A stretch of 64,000 nucleotides of DNA from Callorhinchus milii (Eukaryota). Numbering within the stretch: position 1 is the stretch's first letter; the number at the start of each line of letters is the position of its first letter. Below, piece by piece: positions 12,806 to 26,184 of this stretch. The DNA lies in NCBI RefSeq assembly GCF_018977255.1, contig NW_024704742.1:99574001-99638000 (forward strand). Reading direction: 5' to 3'. Made by a program: the position numbers and the translations under genes. Below the pieces are notes generated by a model that ran no database searches, was not told the origin of the DNA, and saw nothing but the letters and a program-made list of their open reading frames with translations.

Positions 12806-13254
12806 GTTAAAGTCAATGCGAGAATGAAACCCACTATCTACACATCAGACGGGATTACCACTTGGATAAGGTACTGCAGACCTGCTGGTGCCAAGAAGTC
12901 ATTCCCCAGAAAGCATCATGACCTTGTCAAAGGGAAAAAATGGGAAGGGAAGTCATTTTGGTACACACACACTGTATCAGAAATTCCCAAGGCAAATCTG
13001 ACCAATCAGCAACGTAATTTTCTAACCTCAGAAGACACTCTGCATGCAGACGCCTGAAATGTATACACTCAACTGGAGAGTGTTTTGTCTCTATGGCAAC
13101 ACTCGTTAGATTCCAGTGCCAGAGATAATGTAAAAATAAATATTTAAACAATCTTAAGTGCATAATTCAGTCACAAGAAAGCATTGTACAAATGATCAGA
13201 TCATAGATTTGTTTTACTGGATAGTACCGGTAGGTATTAATGCATTTTCCCCTC

Positions 13255-14040
13255 CTCGCCTGAAGGCACTGACTCATTCTGGGGTACTATTTCACAGATG
13301 CTCATAGCCGTCAAGTACTTTGCCTGAGTAGCCTTTTATATGCATTAGCCTAGGTTTTGGGAGTCGAGAGGCTACTCTATCGCATAGCTGAGCCCAATTC
13401 TGTCTGCACCCAACATCGACATTCCAAAGGGGGTTAATGGATAATGATCACAAGTGTGAATTCTGGCTCATGTTTTCCCTCTCCTCCTGAGCCAAGGGAT
13501 CAGTGGAGACAACTGTAGTGCTGTTGCCCTCACCCTGGCTAAAAGCAGCTGGAAATGTCTGGTCTCAGTGGCTCAGTGACTCATTGGATCACACCTCTAC
13601 AAACTACAACATTAATAGAGCTCTATACATTTTTTGGGTGGGTAGGGGTTGCCAACTTTTATACGGGCACTGGCGGCTCTCCAGGGTGTGAAACAATAAA
13701 ACCTCCCATGGAACAGTTTAAGAGAGTGAATCATCTCAGAATAGTGCATGTGTGGGTTTAGACAGTGAGTGTTTGCAGGGATTGAAGAAGGTATCACAGT
13801 TTGCACCTGATCCTTTTCCTCACTCAACATCCGCATACATATTCTTCACCTGCTAGCAATTAGGAATGAGGCCTCCCATCTAATTTGCCCACTCCCTAGC
13901 CCTGGGGCATTGAGGTCAATAGTAGCCCTCCAAACTACTGCTTGGCTGAGATTCGTAACTGATGTCTAAGGATTTCAAGGTCTGGTCTGTTGGATTAGTG
14001 CAACACTAAGCATTGCCTATGCCCACTAGGCAATCAAGGG
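13255..14040 (-). mobile_element. Two degenerate family C SINE-like copies in tandem
   Basis: The module acatcgacattcc..ggataatgatc..ctggct..agccaagggat is seen again as ctagccctggggcattgaggtcaat..ggctgagat. Confidence 0.55.
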
Positions 14041-15528
14041 AACTTCTAAATAATTATTTATGTTGTGTAAAAGCACTTTCAGCAGTGAGAATTACTTAAC
14101 TCAATCACCTTATACGGTGGGAAATGATCACTTTTTGCAGAATGAAATGCAAGTCTGATGAATCAATGTCAGCTTCAGTATTCTCAGAATACTGCTATGT
14201 TCACCTACAAAATGCAAACATTACATTATACAGTAAATCATGTGAAGCGCTTTGAGGCACTCTCCTAACATGAAAGGTACTATATCAAGTTGCAAGGATT
14301 ATTATTATTCCACTCTCTCAACAGGTTCCATTTGATAATATGTAATAAATACCACCAAATATTACTTAAGAAAACACAATGTTTATTTGTTTTAGGTCCC
14401 AAAAGTGTTCTATTCAGAGACTCCTACTGAAAGGTTGTTGTGAGTAGGTGTCTGGAGGTAAGGACAGGATCTGGCTTTGCAGTGACATTTCCTCATTTTG
14501 CTCCTTTCCTCAAGAGCGGAGAATAGAAAAGTAATTGATTGGAAAAACCTTCCCAAACTTGCTTTAAAAGTTTGACTCACTTCACAATTCGAACATCTAT
14601 AAAAAACAAGCAACAAATCCTGAGCGATACAATTTACACTTTATTTCAAGTCGCAATCGACTATTTAATCACATACAATGTTAACATAATTTCCTCATTT
14701 ATATTACTACCTGGAAAGTTAATTATTATTTTAAAAATGAACAATTGCTAGTCACAGCGAAAAGAAAGCACCAAAACATTGCCTGACTAAGCCTGCAGTG
14801 CTTTTAGGAATGTGTTTGGTTGTGAAGTGCTGAGTTCTGCAGATTAGGCAAGACCGAGGTTCCTTCTCTAGATTTTTTGTGTGGGTTAGCTGATTATAGG
14901 TGGGATGGTCCTGGGGCTACAATTTGCCTCAATCACCCTCAGGCAGAAGAGGGAAAAGATTAAAAGATTAGCTGTGATTCACATTTGTGACTGCTACCAT
15001 CGGCGGCGCTCACTGGAGCATTCCAGAACGCACTGTGAAGCTGCAATAGCTGAACAATTGGGAGTGTTTTTGACCATTTTTTTGACTGCTGCTCTCCATA
15101 ACTCTGGTGTGTGTGGGTGGATGTGCACAAATGTTTTTGTGGTTCTGTATGTGTATTAAGTTAGCGTTTCTGAAATGAATTTAGTAATACTGTCCTGTCA
15201 TGATATTGAAGGTCTTGCTCCGGTTTGATATCCTCCAGTGGAATAATTCACACAAAATTTCTGTGAATCAGTGTTCCTAAAACTGCATCCTAGATCCTAA
15301 ATGCCCTGATCCTTCCAATGGAGGTAGCTATATTCAGTACCTCGCCAAGTAGGTATTCCTCATTTGAGAGCCAAAGCGAGAGTGTGAGTATACTTTGGGG
15401 GCATCAGAACCGAACCCGGTTCCATTCTTATTTAACTTGCCCTTAAACATTCCAGCCCAGACTGCTTTGCAATCATAACTGGGAACTCTGGCTGATTCTG
15501 TCCAAAGACCAACACACTGAAGCCAATT

Positions 15529-15850
15529 ATAATAATAATAATAATAATAATCCTTGCATTTGATATAGCGCTTTTCACGTCAGGAGGACGTCCCAAAGCG
15601 CTTCACAGAACACACTGTAAAGTGAATTGACTGTATATTTGTGGGCAAACGCGGCAGCCAATAGCGCACAGCAATGTCCCACAAACAGTCGTGGATTGAA
15701 AATGACCAATTTATTATTGTTTTTTTTGGAGGGATTATTATTAGGCGTGTGGAGTAAGGAAACTTGCACAAGGTTTCGCCCTGCCTGGAATTGAACTCAG
15801 GTCTCTCACTTGCAAAGCGAGTGCTCTAACCACTGAGCTACAGGACTCCA
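15529..15850 (-). mobile_element. Young tRNA-Ala/CORE SINE, copy 2
   Basis: (AAT)n tail through gtgctctaaccactgagctacaggactcca. Confidence 0.93.
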
Positions 15851-15902
15851 CCTTGTACAATTGTACAATTGTGGCCAACTAACCTACTGGCACTCCCTGT
15901 CT

Positions 15903-18020
15903 ACAACAACAACAACAACTTGAATTTATATAGCGCCCTCCACGCCGGATGGCGTCTCAGAGCACTTCACAGTAATGGATCCCAGGACCGAGCCAGGGGG
16001 AGGGGAAGGAAGGTGACCAAAGGTGCAGTTGAAAAGAAAGGTCTTCAGCAGAGACCTGAAAATAGGAAGGGAGGGAGCAAGGTGAAGGGAGTGAGAAAGG
16101 GAGTTCCAGAGCCTCGGGACATAGAGGCTGAAGGCACGGCCACTGAGGGTGGAGCGGAGGACTCGGGGGACGAAGGCCAGACCCGGAGGAACGAAGGCAA
16201 CGGGTACTGTTTTGAGGAGAGAGGATATCAGAGAGGTAGGGGGGTGCAGGAGAGTGCAGGGACTTGAATACAAGGGTGAGGTTCTTGAAATTGATCCTCT
16301 CTGGGACAGGCAGCCAGTGCAGTCTGGCAAGGACTGGGGTGATCGGGGAGCAGAGTTTCGTGCGGGTGAGAATGCGGGCGGCAGAGTTTTGAATGATTTT
16401 GATTTTATGGATGGTAGTGGATGGGAGACCGGCGAGAAGGGCGTTAGAATAGTCCAGCCAAGAGGTGACAAAGGCATGGAACAGGGTTTCAGCGGCTTTT
16501 GGAGTGAGGTATCGGCGGAGACGGGCAATGCGTTGGAGGTGGAAGAAGGGGGTGCTGGTGAGGGACCGGATGTGGGGGAGAAAAGATAATTGGGGGTCGA
16601 ACCTGACACCTAGGTTGCATACGGGTTCGGAGAGTTTTAGGGGGAGGTCGTTTAGGTGGAGGAGGTGAGAGCTGTGAGATTTTAGACGTTGACGAGAGCC
16701 AAAGAGTATGGCTTCTATCTTGTCAACGTTCAGCTGAAGCAAATTTGCGCTCATCCAGCCCCTGAGATCTGACAGGCAGACTGACAGAACATCAGGGGAC
16801 TGGGTGTCGCAAAGAGAGGTGGAAAAATAGAGTTGGGTGTCGTCTGCATACGAGTGGAAGTATACCCCATGTCTGCAGATGACATCCCCAAGAGGGAGCA
16901 TATAGATCAGAAAGAGGAGGGGGCCAAGGATGGATCCTTGGGTGAGAGTGGGAGGAGAAGCCGTTTATGCAGATGTACTGCTAGCGGTTTGTGAGGTAGG
17001 ACGCGAACCAGGCGAGTGCTGTCCCACTGAGGTAGATGACAGAGGAAAGGCAGTGGAGGAGGATGGCGTGATCAACTGTGTCCAACATGGCGGAGAGGTC
17101 TAGGAGGACAAGGAGGCAGAGGGAGCCCTGGTCACAGATAGAGAGGATGTTGTTTGTGACTTTCACAAGCGCAGTCTCTGTACTGTGGGCGGAAACCGGA
17201 CTGGAAGGGTTCGAAGAGGGAGTGGGAGGAGAGGGGTGCGCGGAGTTGGTTGGCAACAACGTGTTCTAGAACTTTTGAGAGGAAGGGCAGGTTAGAAATA
17301 GGGCGGTAGTGACCGGGGTTTGAGGGATCTAGGGAAGGTTTTTCAGGAGGGCTGTGATGACAACAGTTTTGAGGGAGGCAGGGACTGATCTGGAGAAGAG
17401 GGACTGGTTGATGATGTCAGCCAGTAGTGGGCAGAGGAGGGGGAGCTGGGTGACCAGTAAGTTGGTGGGGGAGAGTGTCGAGGCAGCAGGTGGTGGGTTT
17501 CATGGAGGTGATCGTGGGTGACAGGGAGGAGGGAGAGGTGGGGAGGAAGGAATGTTGATTGGGGATGGTGGTAGGAGCAGATGATGAGGAAAGTGAGGGG
17601 GACAGAGAGGGAGTGGTGATAAGTGGGCTGCCTGGCGATGTTAAGTATTTTAGACGAAAAGAATTCCATGACCTCCCCGCACTTGGCATTTGATACAAAG
17701 ATTGAGGAGGCCAGAGGGGGGGCACGGAGGAGTTAATGGGTGGCGGAAAAAAGGATTTTAGGGTTGCGTTTAGCCTCCAAGATGATGTTGGAGTAGAAGG
17801 CCATTTTTGCGCGTGTCAAAGAGCGACGGTAGCTGTGGAGATGCTCGAGCCACAGTTGGCGGTGAACTGTCAGGCCAGTTTTCCACCATCTGCGCTCAAG
17901 CAGATAGGTTTCGGTTTTTTGGCGGCGGAGATGGTTGTTGTACCAGAGGGGTCGGGTGGGTTTGGAGATGTCTAAGCTGCCACGTGAGCAATGGCCAGTT
18001 GGGGGAATTACTGGAGGGAG
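15903..18020 (-). mobile_element. L2-clade LINE, 5'-truncated (~2.1 kb), with decayed ORF2 reverse transcriptase
   Basis: RT motifs HSTETALVKVTNNIL, LVLLDLSAMLDTVDH, PQGSILGPLLFLIYM, YADDTQLY, LQLNVDK; C-terminal WNSL..FRSLLKTFLF; (GTT)n tail. Frameshifts, a stop and a small deletion before PQG are present. Confidence 0.95.
15957..16945 (-). pseudogene. L2 ORF2 RT remnant (PQG...YADD to thumb), open for ~300 codons
   Basis: ORF 15957..16901 contains YADDTQLY. The native C-terminus is in another frame (ORF 15926..16609), so there is a frameshift near 16190. Confidence 0.9.
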
Positions 18021-18389
18021 CTAATGTTTACAGAACGGTATTCCAACATGAGATAGTGCCACCAAAACAAGGGTGGGGGGATATTGACAATGAAGGGACA
18101 GAAGCTAAAGATGAGCATTGTTAGAATTCTCACTCACTTATCTGTAGAGCTTTAAATCATGTCCATCACAAACAGCGCTTCAGATAGTTGGATATGTGTT
18201 GTATTCTTATCAATAGGATTATTCAGTGTCCAACTATCTTGTTTTTCTTTCAGATGTACGTTCTATAGTTTATGGAGTGAGAATCTTACATTTAAAGCAA
18301 TGCTTTGGGGGAGGGGTCCACAATTTCACACCAGGGATGTTCTGTCTACATGCTCCACTGTGCAATGACTCTTGATGATAGAATGCAAT

Positions 18390-18720
18390 TGTAGTTATAC
18401 AACACCTTTCATGTAGGATAACATCTCAAAGCACTTCACAGAGATGGAATGGGAGCCCGAGCAGGGTGGGAGATGTCAAGGGCAGAGTGAGGAGGGAGGA
18501 GATTGAAAATGCAATCAAAGAGTTTTTTTTCTTAGCTAGGTTTTTGAAGCATAGAGGAATGGTGCAATGTGATTGGATTTAACAAGAGAATTCCAGAAAG
18601 TGGGGGCAAAGTGGTTGAAAGCCTGCCTACTGATGGTGCCGGGGGACATGAAACAGGCCTGAGTTAGCAGAGCAGAGGGTGTGGGTGTTGGAGTAAAACT
18701 ACAGAAGATCAGCAATGTAG
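18390..18720 (-). mobile_element. Old L2 3' fragment
   Basis: ctttcatgtaggataacatctcaaagcacttcacag tail, then gagaattccaga (reverse of WNSL). Confidence 0.65.
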
Positions 18721-19637
18721 CAAAGTGGAGAATTCTAGAGTTTAATGCTCTTTCTTCTTTAAAAGATGCGAAATACCTTTGATGCTTTTTATCCTATTTT
18801 CCTATTCATCAAATTAGACCTCAACAATCGACCACAGCGTTTTACCCAGTGAACACCTGTTGGTTCTGCTTTCCCCTAAGGCTCAATGTTAATTTTCTTT
18901 TTTTCTTTCAGTTGTTGGACACATATGTGCTCTTCTTTCAGTTGTATTTTATATATTACCATTATAACATTGGATCAACACTGGTTAAGATACATTCTGA
19001 AAGCGCAATTTGTGAGACAATCTCTTGGATTTCCCAAATCTGCAGCAAAGTAAATAGTCCTATAACAAACAAACACACAAACAAATGATAAATAAAGGAG
19101 AGAGGGATGAAAAAGGAAAAATGGACTATGGTAATTGCTAAGCCTGCTTCATTTCAGTGGTTAATGCTTCTGTTATTTGAAACCTTTCATTTTAAGTCAA
19201 AGTGAGTATAGGTTTCTCATGATTTAACATGCCATTTGATAAGTGTGAAATATATAAGACTGCCTGTACAAACATGGCATGGCAAACATCATTCAAACGA
19301 GTTCCTTCAATCTCACTTCACACTTTTTTTTCTCTCTCTCTCATGTGTCTCATCCTTCAATGTAACTTTTTATATCCTGGCTCTTTTATCAGTAGCTCAT
19401 CAGGAAACCTAACACTGTTCAGAAATTTGCCTGCAGGTTAGTTCTGTGAACCAAGAACTGGAGCTTCTCATTATCAATTTCTCCTATCAGTATGTAACTT
19501 GCTTATACCGACCGACAAGCCCATTGGTGGTAGACATCAAAAACTCTGGCCTCTGAAGATCCTATTTTATATGTCTCTCATGTTCCCCAGAATATCTCTT
19601 TAAGGCAAAGAAAAGGCTAATCTACTAAGTGGTTTAT

Positions 19638-20007
19638 GATAATAATAATGCTTGCATTTGATATAGTACTTTTCACACCAGAGGGGATGTGTCAAAGTGC
19701 TTCAAAGGATTTAATGTAAAATGTATTTTGTACGCAAATGTGGCAGCCAATTGTGCACACAGCAACGTGTCACAAATGACCATGAAGTGAATGACCAATT
19801 TTATTTGGGGGAATTGTTGGCCCAGACACTGGGAGAAACGATTTTTTGAATGGTGCCATGGGATCTTTAATAGCCACCTGAACAAGTAGATGGGGATTTG
19901 GTTTAACGTCTCATCCAAAGAATGGCACCTTAGAACGGTGAGCTTAATGTCTTGATGTGAAGCTTGATGCAACTAGGCGAGTGCTATTAAGTGAGCCAGG
20001 CTGACAC
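19638..20007 (-). mobile_element. Deu-domain SINE
   Basis: gtgccatgggatctttaatagccacctgaacaag...ggtttaacgtctcatccaaag; head ends tgagccaggctgac. Confidence 0.85.
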
Positions 20008-20448
20008 CCAGAAACATTATGTACTACCCATCACGTGTAAACCATGAGGAATTGCAGGCCCAGTTCATTATGTAATTATAAACCATTGAAAGGGATTGGT
20101 TGTTAATGGCATAATTAATAATTGCTTTTCATTGGCATCTTAAACATGCCATTCACAAGTCAGGAATGGCTGCACTAATTGCAACGTCTGGTTTTGAGCC
20201 TGAGAATTGGATGATTCTCTAACAAAGCCTACAAGATTTGACACTTGAAACACACATGAGCCACAGAGTACCAGATCAGAATGAATTACTGAGTTTTACT
20301 TGGCACCTAACTGCACTCTGGTTGTTGTAAAGTTTCTTTTCTTGAAAATAGTTTGGTACAGGATTTGTTTTGACTAAGCCAGACGGAAATTAACTGATGG
20401 AAGAATCAAGTTGTGCACTAAATTTCACTGCACCACAATATTGAGCAA

Positions 20449-20759
20449 AACCACTGAGCCCGAGGACTCCTGTAGCTCAGTGGTTGGAGCACTCGCCTCG
20501 CAAGCAAAAGACCGGCAGAGCGAAAACTTGGGCAAGTTTCCTTACTCCACATGCCTGATAATAATCCCTCAAGAAAAAATACAATAAATTGGTCACTTCA
20601 ATCCACGACTGTTTGTGGGACATTGCTGTGCGCAATTGGCTGCCGCGTTTCGCCCCCAAAATATACAGTCAATTCACTTTACAGTATATTCTGTGAAGCG
20701 CTTTGAGACATCTAGAAGACATAAAAATTGCTATATCAAATGCAAGGATTATTATTATT
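20449..20759 (+). mobile_element. Young tRNA-Ala/CORE SINE, copy 3 (T-arm deleted, 5' fold-back)
   Basis: tgtagctcagtggttggagcactcgcctcgcaagc; B box missing; (ATT)n tail. Confidence 0.92.
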
Positions 20760-22434
20760 CTATATATTATTAAAGTGATGTGAGCAGAGAATTTGGATCT
20801 TATTACTTTACACACAGGTGCACATGTGTGGAATGAACACCAGAGAAGCAATGAGGGTATGCTGTGTCATTAAAATCCAGAGAGAATTTGAAATCTATTT
20901 GGTGAAGAATTCTATTTAACTCTATAGTAGGGTAAAGATTTTTGAGTTTGCCTTCCAATTGACCAGATGAACAGCACTGATCTTTTCTAATTCTAATTCT
21001 GCACATTCCTCTGTTTCTGTGGAATAATAAATAATATATAATAATAATTGCAACCTGTACCTTTAAATTCAGCAGTAATTTGTTCTTTTTCATATTTCAC
21101 CCATATTTAGTATTTTTGCCCACAAAATACAGAGGTCACAACACTTTCCAGTATACCCCGTGAAGAGCTTTGAGACTTCTCCACAAGACTCCACAAGACT
21201 TCTCCACAATAGCACTATATCAAATACAAGTATAATTGTTATTATTTATATTTAGCCCCAATGTTATCAAATATTCTGCTCTGTTGCTAAGTGGTACTGT
21301 AGCATTTCCTTGTGAGTTCTATTGTTTACTTTAATACTGTCAAAGTCAAGGCTGATTTGTGCTACAGGTTGCAGATTTTCTTTTTTTATCTCTTCTCAAT
21401 CCACTGATTGATTGACCCATTTAGCTAAATTGTTATGAAAAAATTAGTTTTGCACTCATTATTCAAGTATTTCAAGTGTGTTTGTGCATATAACATTTAT
21501 ATTTCATGTATTCCAGTTTGTAAAAATGTCCTTTTGCCTCATATTGTCAATGTATGGGTTGGACTGAGACCCAGTTACTTTGGTTTTGGTGACCAACTGG
21601 TGATTAAAAAAATAGTCACCAGTTAGTTGATCGGATGTTATTACTGGTTTCCACATGTGTCAGACACCTGGCTGACCAAAAAAAGACCCAGTTACTAAAA
21701 ATGTTATGGAATATGAGCTTTGCACTCGATGTTTGAATAGTTCCTTGATTATGTATTATTTGTAGGCATTCCTTAGTAGTTACTTTATCGTGCATTCCCA
21801 AGGCCTGATTAGCATTGGGTTCATCCTGTCCAATACCATCTTTCCCTCCATTGCTTTACAAGATGTTGAAAGTGAATAAATAAAAACATTTTGTAATCAT
21901 TACAGGAAGGCTATCTTCCTAGTTCAGGCAATGCTTGTCATTGTCTGCAATGGTGTTGCAAAGAATTTTAATATGACAACCAATACAGTAGCTGATGAGA
22001 CTTTGAATGAAACAGGAATCACTGGTGAATCATCACTGCAATTGGATGGAAATCATTATGCTCAGATATGTTTTTTCAAACAGTTTGTTGCAAAAAATGG
22101 TCTGATGAAATAAAGCGATTGTGTTTCTTTGGGTTGTGAATGAAAATGAGTTGAGCTCCAACTTTGACACTTAGAAATGTATTGACAAAAAAAAATTTAC
22201 ATTTCTCTTGGTTTGGAACAGGGAGGGGAGGAGGGAACATTTCCCTGAGTTTAGAATAACAACGTTTTATTTTAACCTTTCAGAGTGTGGAGAGTTTGGA
22301 CATTTTAAAGCTGTTGTTTTAGAGTTTTTCAAAAAGCAACAAAAAATTGCTTCAAAATTGAGATGAAATTTAGAACTGTCTGAATCTGCACACTTTGAAA
22401 TGTTAAGAATAAAGGTCTCCAAAGTTCTACATAC

Positions 22435-22590
22435 TAACATTTATATATCGCCTTGCACGTGAGGAAGACATCCCAAAGTGTTTGACATTCCTGGCTGAGT
22501 ACCCGAGCTGAGGGTGTGAACTGAGGGGTTGAGGAGGAGAAAACTGACCAAAAGCACAGTCAAAGAAGTAACTCTTGAGATGGAACTTGG
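22435..22590 (-). mobile_element. L2 3' tail fragment
   Basis: catttatatatcgccttgcacgtgaggaagacatcccaaagtg. Confidence 0.6.
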
Positions 22591-23704
22591 ATACGTCTAA
22601 ATCTAGACCCAGACGGAATTTCTCCCCCCTGGAGAATTGCCGCAGTGTGATTGATGTGTGTTCCTAGCCAGGGACATTGTCCATGATTCTATTACTCAGA
22701 CAGTGAGTTAGTTTCACAAGTTATTCAGTCAAATGTGACAAATAAGTTAGTTGTTTCCTCGCCATCATAGGGACTAAACTTTCTTAATACTGTTGTCTTA
22801 AGATTTAAGATCAAGCACAATGTTGGAAAATTGTTAAATTCAGTCCTACTTTGGAAGGCGGTTTCTGTAACTTCTTAAAATGAATGATGTAAAAGTAAGG
22901 CTGGATTTGATTTTTTCCCCAAATTTTAGCATATTCTCAGCATTTTGGAGCAAAGCCATGACAAATTTCAGATCTCTAAATGTGTGGTTTTCAACCCGGG
23001 TCACTGACTAGATATTCTTCCACCTCCAAGGACCATGTGGGGTCACCCAAGCTGAGATCACTGAATTCAATACAAACCACGAATCAAATCTAGTTTTTAT
23101 GATTTAAAATCAAATTAACTCAGTTGCACAGCACTCAACATATTAACCTGAATTGTTTAGTAATTTACTGTGAATAATACTGTGTCTATAAATTATTCCA
23201 AAGTAATTTTGTTGAAAGGAAACAAGCCAGTGATTTTGTATTGAATGGGAATCACTGATCCGTTCAGTTCTCTTCATTTTAAACGGATGAGAGTATTAAC
23301 ATGAGTTCATTTGTATTATGAACTGTTTAATGCATTCCATATAGTTCATATATGCAGTCCATATAGTTATACCCATGTAAATATGTTTCCTCAATGTGTT
23401 TGGAATATTATTGGCAAATGATAAATAAGACAGGACAAACAAGAAACTGGATCATTTGCGAATGAAAGCCTTCAAACTAAATCTGTGTGACGTGAGTGTC
23501 TGCTCTGCCTCTTTGAACATAGAGCCCAGGTGAAAAGACCCTATTCAGAAAATACAATGGCAGCTGTTTAAAAATATAAAGGGTTGTGTTTATCTTTTAA
23601 CCTCTGCCCCTACAGCTATTGTTTATTGGGATTGATTCTACATGCACAGGTAAAAGGTAGATTTAGTGATGGTGATCAAACACATGGTTGAAAAAATTTG
23701 TGCC

Positions 23705-23968
23705 AGCCTGGCTCAGTTGACTGTTCTCTTAAACCAAGGCCGTCTGCCTGTGTAGGTGAATGTTAAAGGTCCCATGGCACTGTTGAAAAAGAGAAGGAAG
23801 TTTCTCCCAGTATCCCAGTAACAATACAAAACCTAAAATTAATCAGTCACTTCATGGCTATTTGTTCACCCACAAAACACAGTCACTGACCTTTACAGTA
23901 TGTCCTGCGAAGCACTTTGGGACGTCTCCTGATGTGAAAGGCGATATAATAAACATAAAGATTCTTAT
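23705..23968 (+). mobile_element. Deu-domain SINE with internal deletion
   Basis: cagcctggctcagttg joined to taaaccaaggccgtctgcctgt..aaaggtcccatggcactg; tail gggacgtctcctgatgtgaaaggcg. Confidence 0.8.
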
Positions 23969-24187
23969 TCGTGGTTTCATTATTATCACAACACAATGGG
24001 CCTTAGTCAATCTCCCTAAGATGGAGTAACCTATTGTTAAAAAATACAATAGATATTGGGATCTAATTGGTGGCATTTCCTAATGAGATTTCTTATTAAG
24101 GTAAAAGGACTGAGAATCCTAATGAGTATCCTTGTTAAGGAATTCCTCTGGAATTAGAACCAGCAAGAACTCCTCTCTGGAGTTCCA

Positions 24188-24280
24188 GAAGATCAGCCAT
24201 AACTTTATTAAATGGCGGGGCAGACTTGAAGGGCTGAATGGCCTACTCCTGCTCCTATTTCTTATGTTCTTATGTTCTTG
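24188..24280 (+). mobile_element. CR1 LINE 3' terminus
   Basis: gatcagccat...aatggcggggcagacttgaagggctgaatggcctactcctgctcctattt followed by the 8-mer repeat (cttatgtt)2. Confidence 0.8.
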
Positions 24281-25249
24281 TCGAAACTAAGTTCCTACAG
24301 GCTGGAATTATGTACTTTTACTTCCTGGAAGGAGTTCTTCCCACCTCGCCACAACTAATTTGGACTTGGATGCCTTATTCAAGAATCTGTTAAGAAATAT
24401 TGCAAATTAAACACTTTTGTCTTAGACACTTTCAGATTTGGTAGAAGAAACGATGAAAAAAACAGCCAATAGTGGAAAGATAAAAAATTTCGCCAAATTT
24501 AACCAATACCACCCAGCAGTAACCAAGTTGAAATCTGTTCTGCTACAAGACAAAACTCGATTATTTTTACTGATAATCTTTTGAAGGCCTATAATTTCTC
24601 TGCATTTGAAAGGTGTTCTGTCTTCTCTAACTGCCACCAAGAGCAGGGTTAACAAATATTCAATGATGAATTCATAAAAGCTTTTGTCAGATCTCATTCC
24701 CTTAAACCTTTTTAAGGTGTTGTCAAATTTGGATCGAGTGTAAAGTGTCAAATTCACACATAAGCCCCCTCAGGGCTAACAGTATTTTGCAAGAATGGCT
24801 TACGATTCAGTCACAAACCTTATAAGACATAATTGTTGAAGGATGCACAATATCCCTTTCAATACTGTATATATCTTTTACAATGGGTGCATTTTTTTTA
24901 TTTCCTTAAGGGAAATGAATATGAGCCTGAATGTGCTTCCTAGACTTCAAATAATTCCTTTACATAACCAACCTAAACATAAGACAGTAATGTTTCTATG
25001 TCAAATCTTGGTGTATGTATTTTACTAAATAGTTACACAGTAAGGCTCTGCTGATGATCCAATTGCCTTTTCCATTGCCTGGTGAGATATAACTATACAG
25101 ACCAGCAAGGCCCACCAAAGTCTACATTGAGTCAATTGATCACCAATGGGGAGGATACAGTTGGCTTTAGCACCATGGATGGTAAGGGAAAAGTCAGGCA
25201 GAGTTCCTATTTCAGATCACCATCCAGTTGACTTATCCTTGCAAGTATC

Positions 25250-25446
25250 ATAAAATCATGGAATTCTACAGCACAGAAGAAAGCCATTTGGCCCATCATG
25301 ACTGTGCTGGCTCTTTAAAAGAGCTACCCAATTAGTCCAACTCCTCCTTGCTTTCCCCAAAGCCTTGCAATTCTTTTCTTTTCAAGTATATATGCAATTC
25401 CCTTTTGAAAGTTATTATTGAATCTGCTTCCACCATCCTTTCAGGT
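25250..25446 (-). mobile_element. CR1 LINE 3' end
   Basis: atcatggaattctacagcacagaagaaagccatttggccc...gaatctgcttccaccatcctttcagg; same family as 61110-61253. Confidence 0.8.
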
Positions 25447-26184
25447 GTGCAGATCTTGGTTGAGCTTAAGTTCAGTGATAGTAATGCTCAGTAATGCATG
25501 ACAAGTGGTTGCTTGGGATGAGGTATAGGTGGTGGGAGTTAGAGGGAGGGGTGGGGTGTTTGCGGGGAGGTGACTAACAGCTGTAACATTACCCCAGCAT
25601 TAGTCAGTACCTATGAGATATAGGAACCCTCTATTCTCCAAAAAAAACAAGTTGCAAAATACAGTCTTTAGAGGCCAGCATGCGGCAAAGCATTCACTTA
25701 AGTCAGCTACTCCCTGGAGAAAGGAAAAGCACACTTTCATTGTAAGTGTTTCTTATTTCAATAAATTCTGCCTGTGTGGGTGATTCTCATTGCAGATTAA
25801 TCTTTGCTCAGTAACTATGCCTCAGGAGATGAGACTTGTTCAGTATTATAGACAGGAATTAAAATACCTGTTAATGCAAAGGCCCAAGGCTTGATATTCC
25901 ATCTAGTCTTAGCCTTTAAAATAATTTTGTCTTAATATTAAAATTAGATAAAATTCTTAAATTCATTTTAACTTGGAAGCCTTTATTTTAAGCTTTTAAA
26001 AAAGAAACAGATTCCAAATTCAGATAAAATCAAGACATTTCTACAATTCGATATAATCTTAAACGTGGAAGCAAAATGGTTTTACAGACTAAGATTAGAT
26101 GGAATTTCAGGTCTCTGTGGGCCTACAGTTCCCTGTTTTCAATCTTCTCTCACATCAGTCCCAGTAATCCCCTTAGTTAGATAC

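Noticed and set aside
16149..16668. Plus-strand ORFs of 146 and 67 aa
   Set aside because: Antisense shadows of L2 ORF2.
15957..16901. 314-aa RT ORF as a domesticated gene
   Set aside because: It is part of a truncated L2 with an upstream stop and deletion and a C-terminal frameshift. Openness is explained by young age.
21990..22025. ctgatgag...gaaac as another hammerhead
   Set aside because: No stem II pairing between the boxes and no convincing stems I or III.
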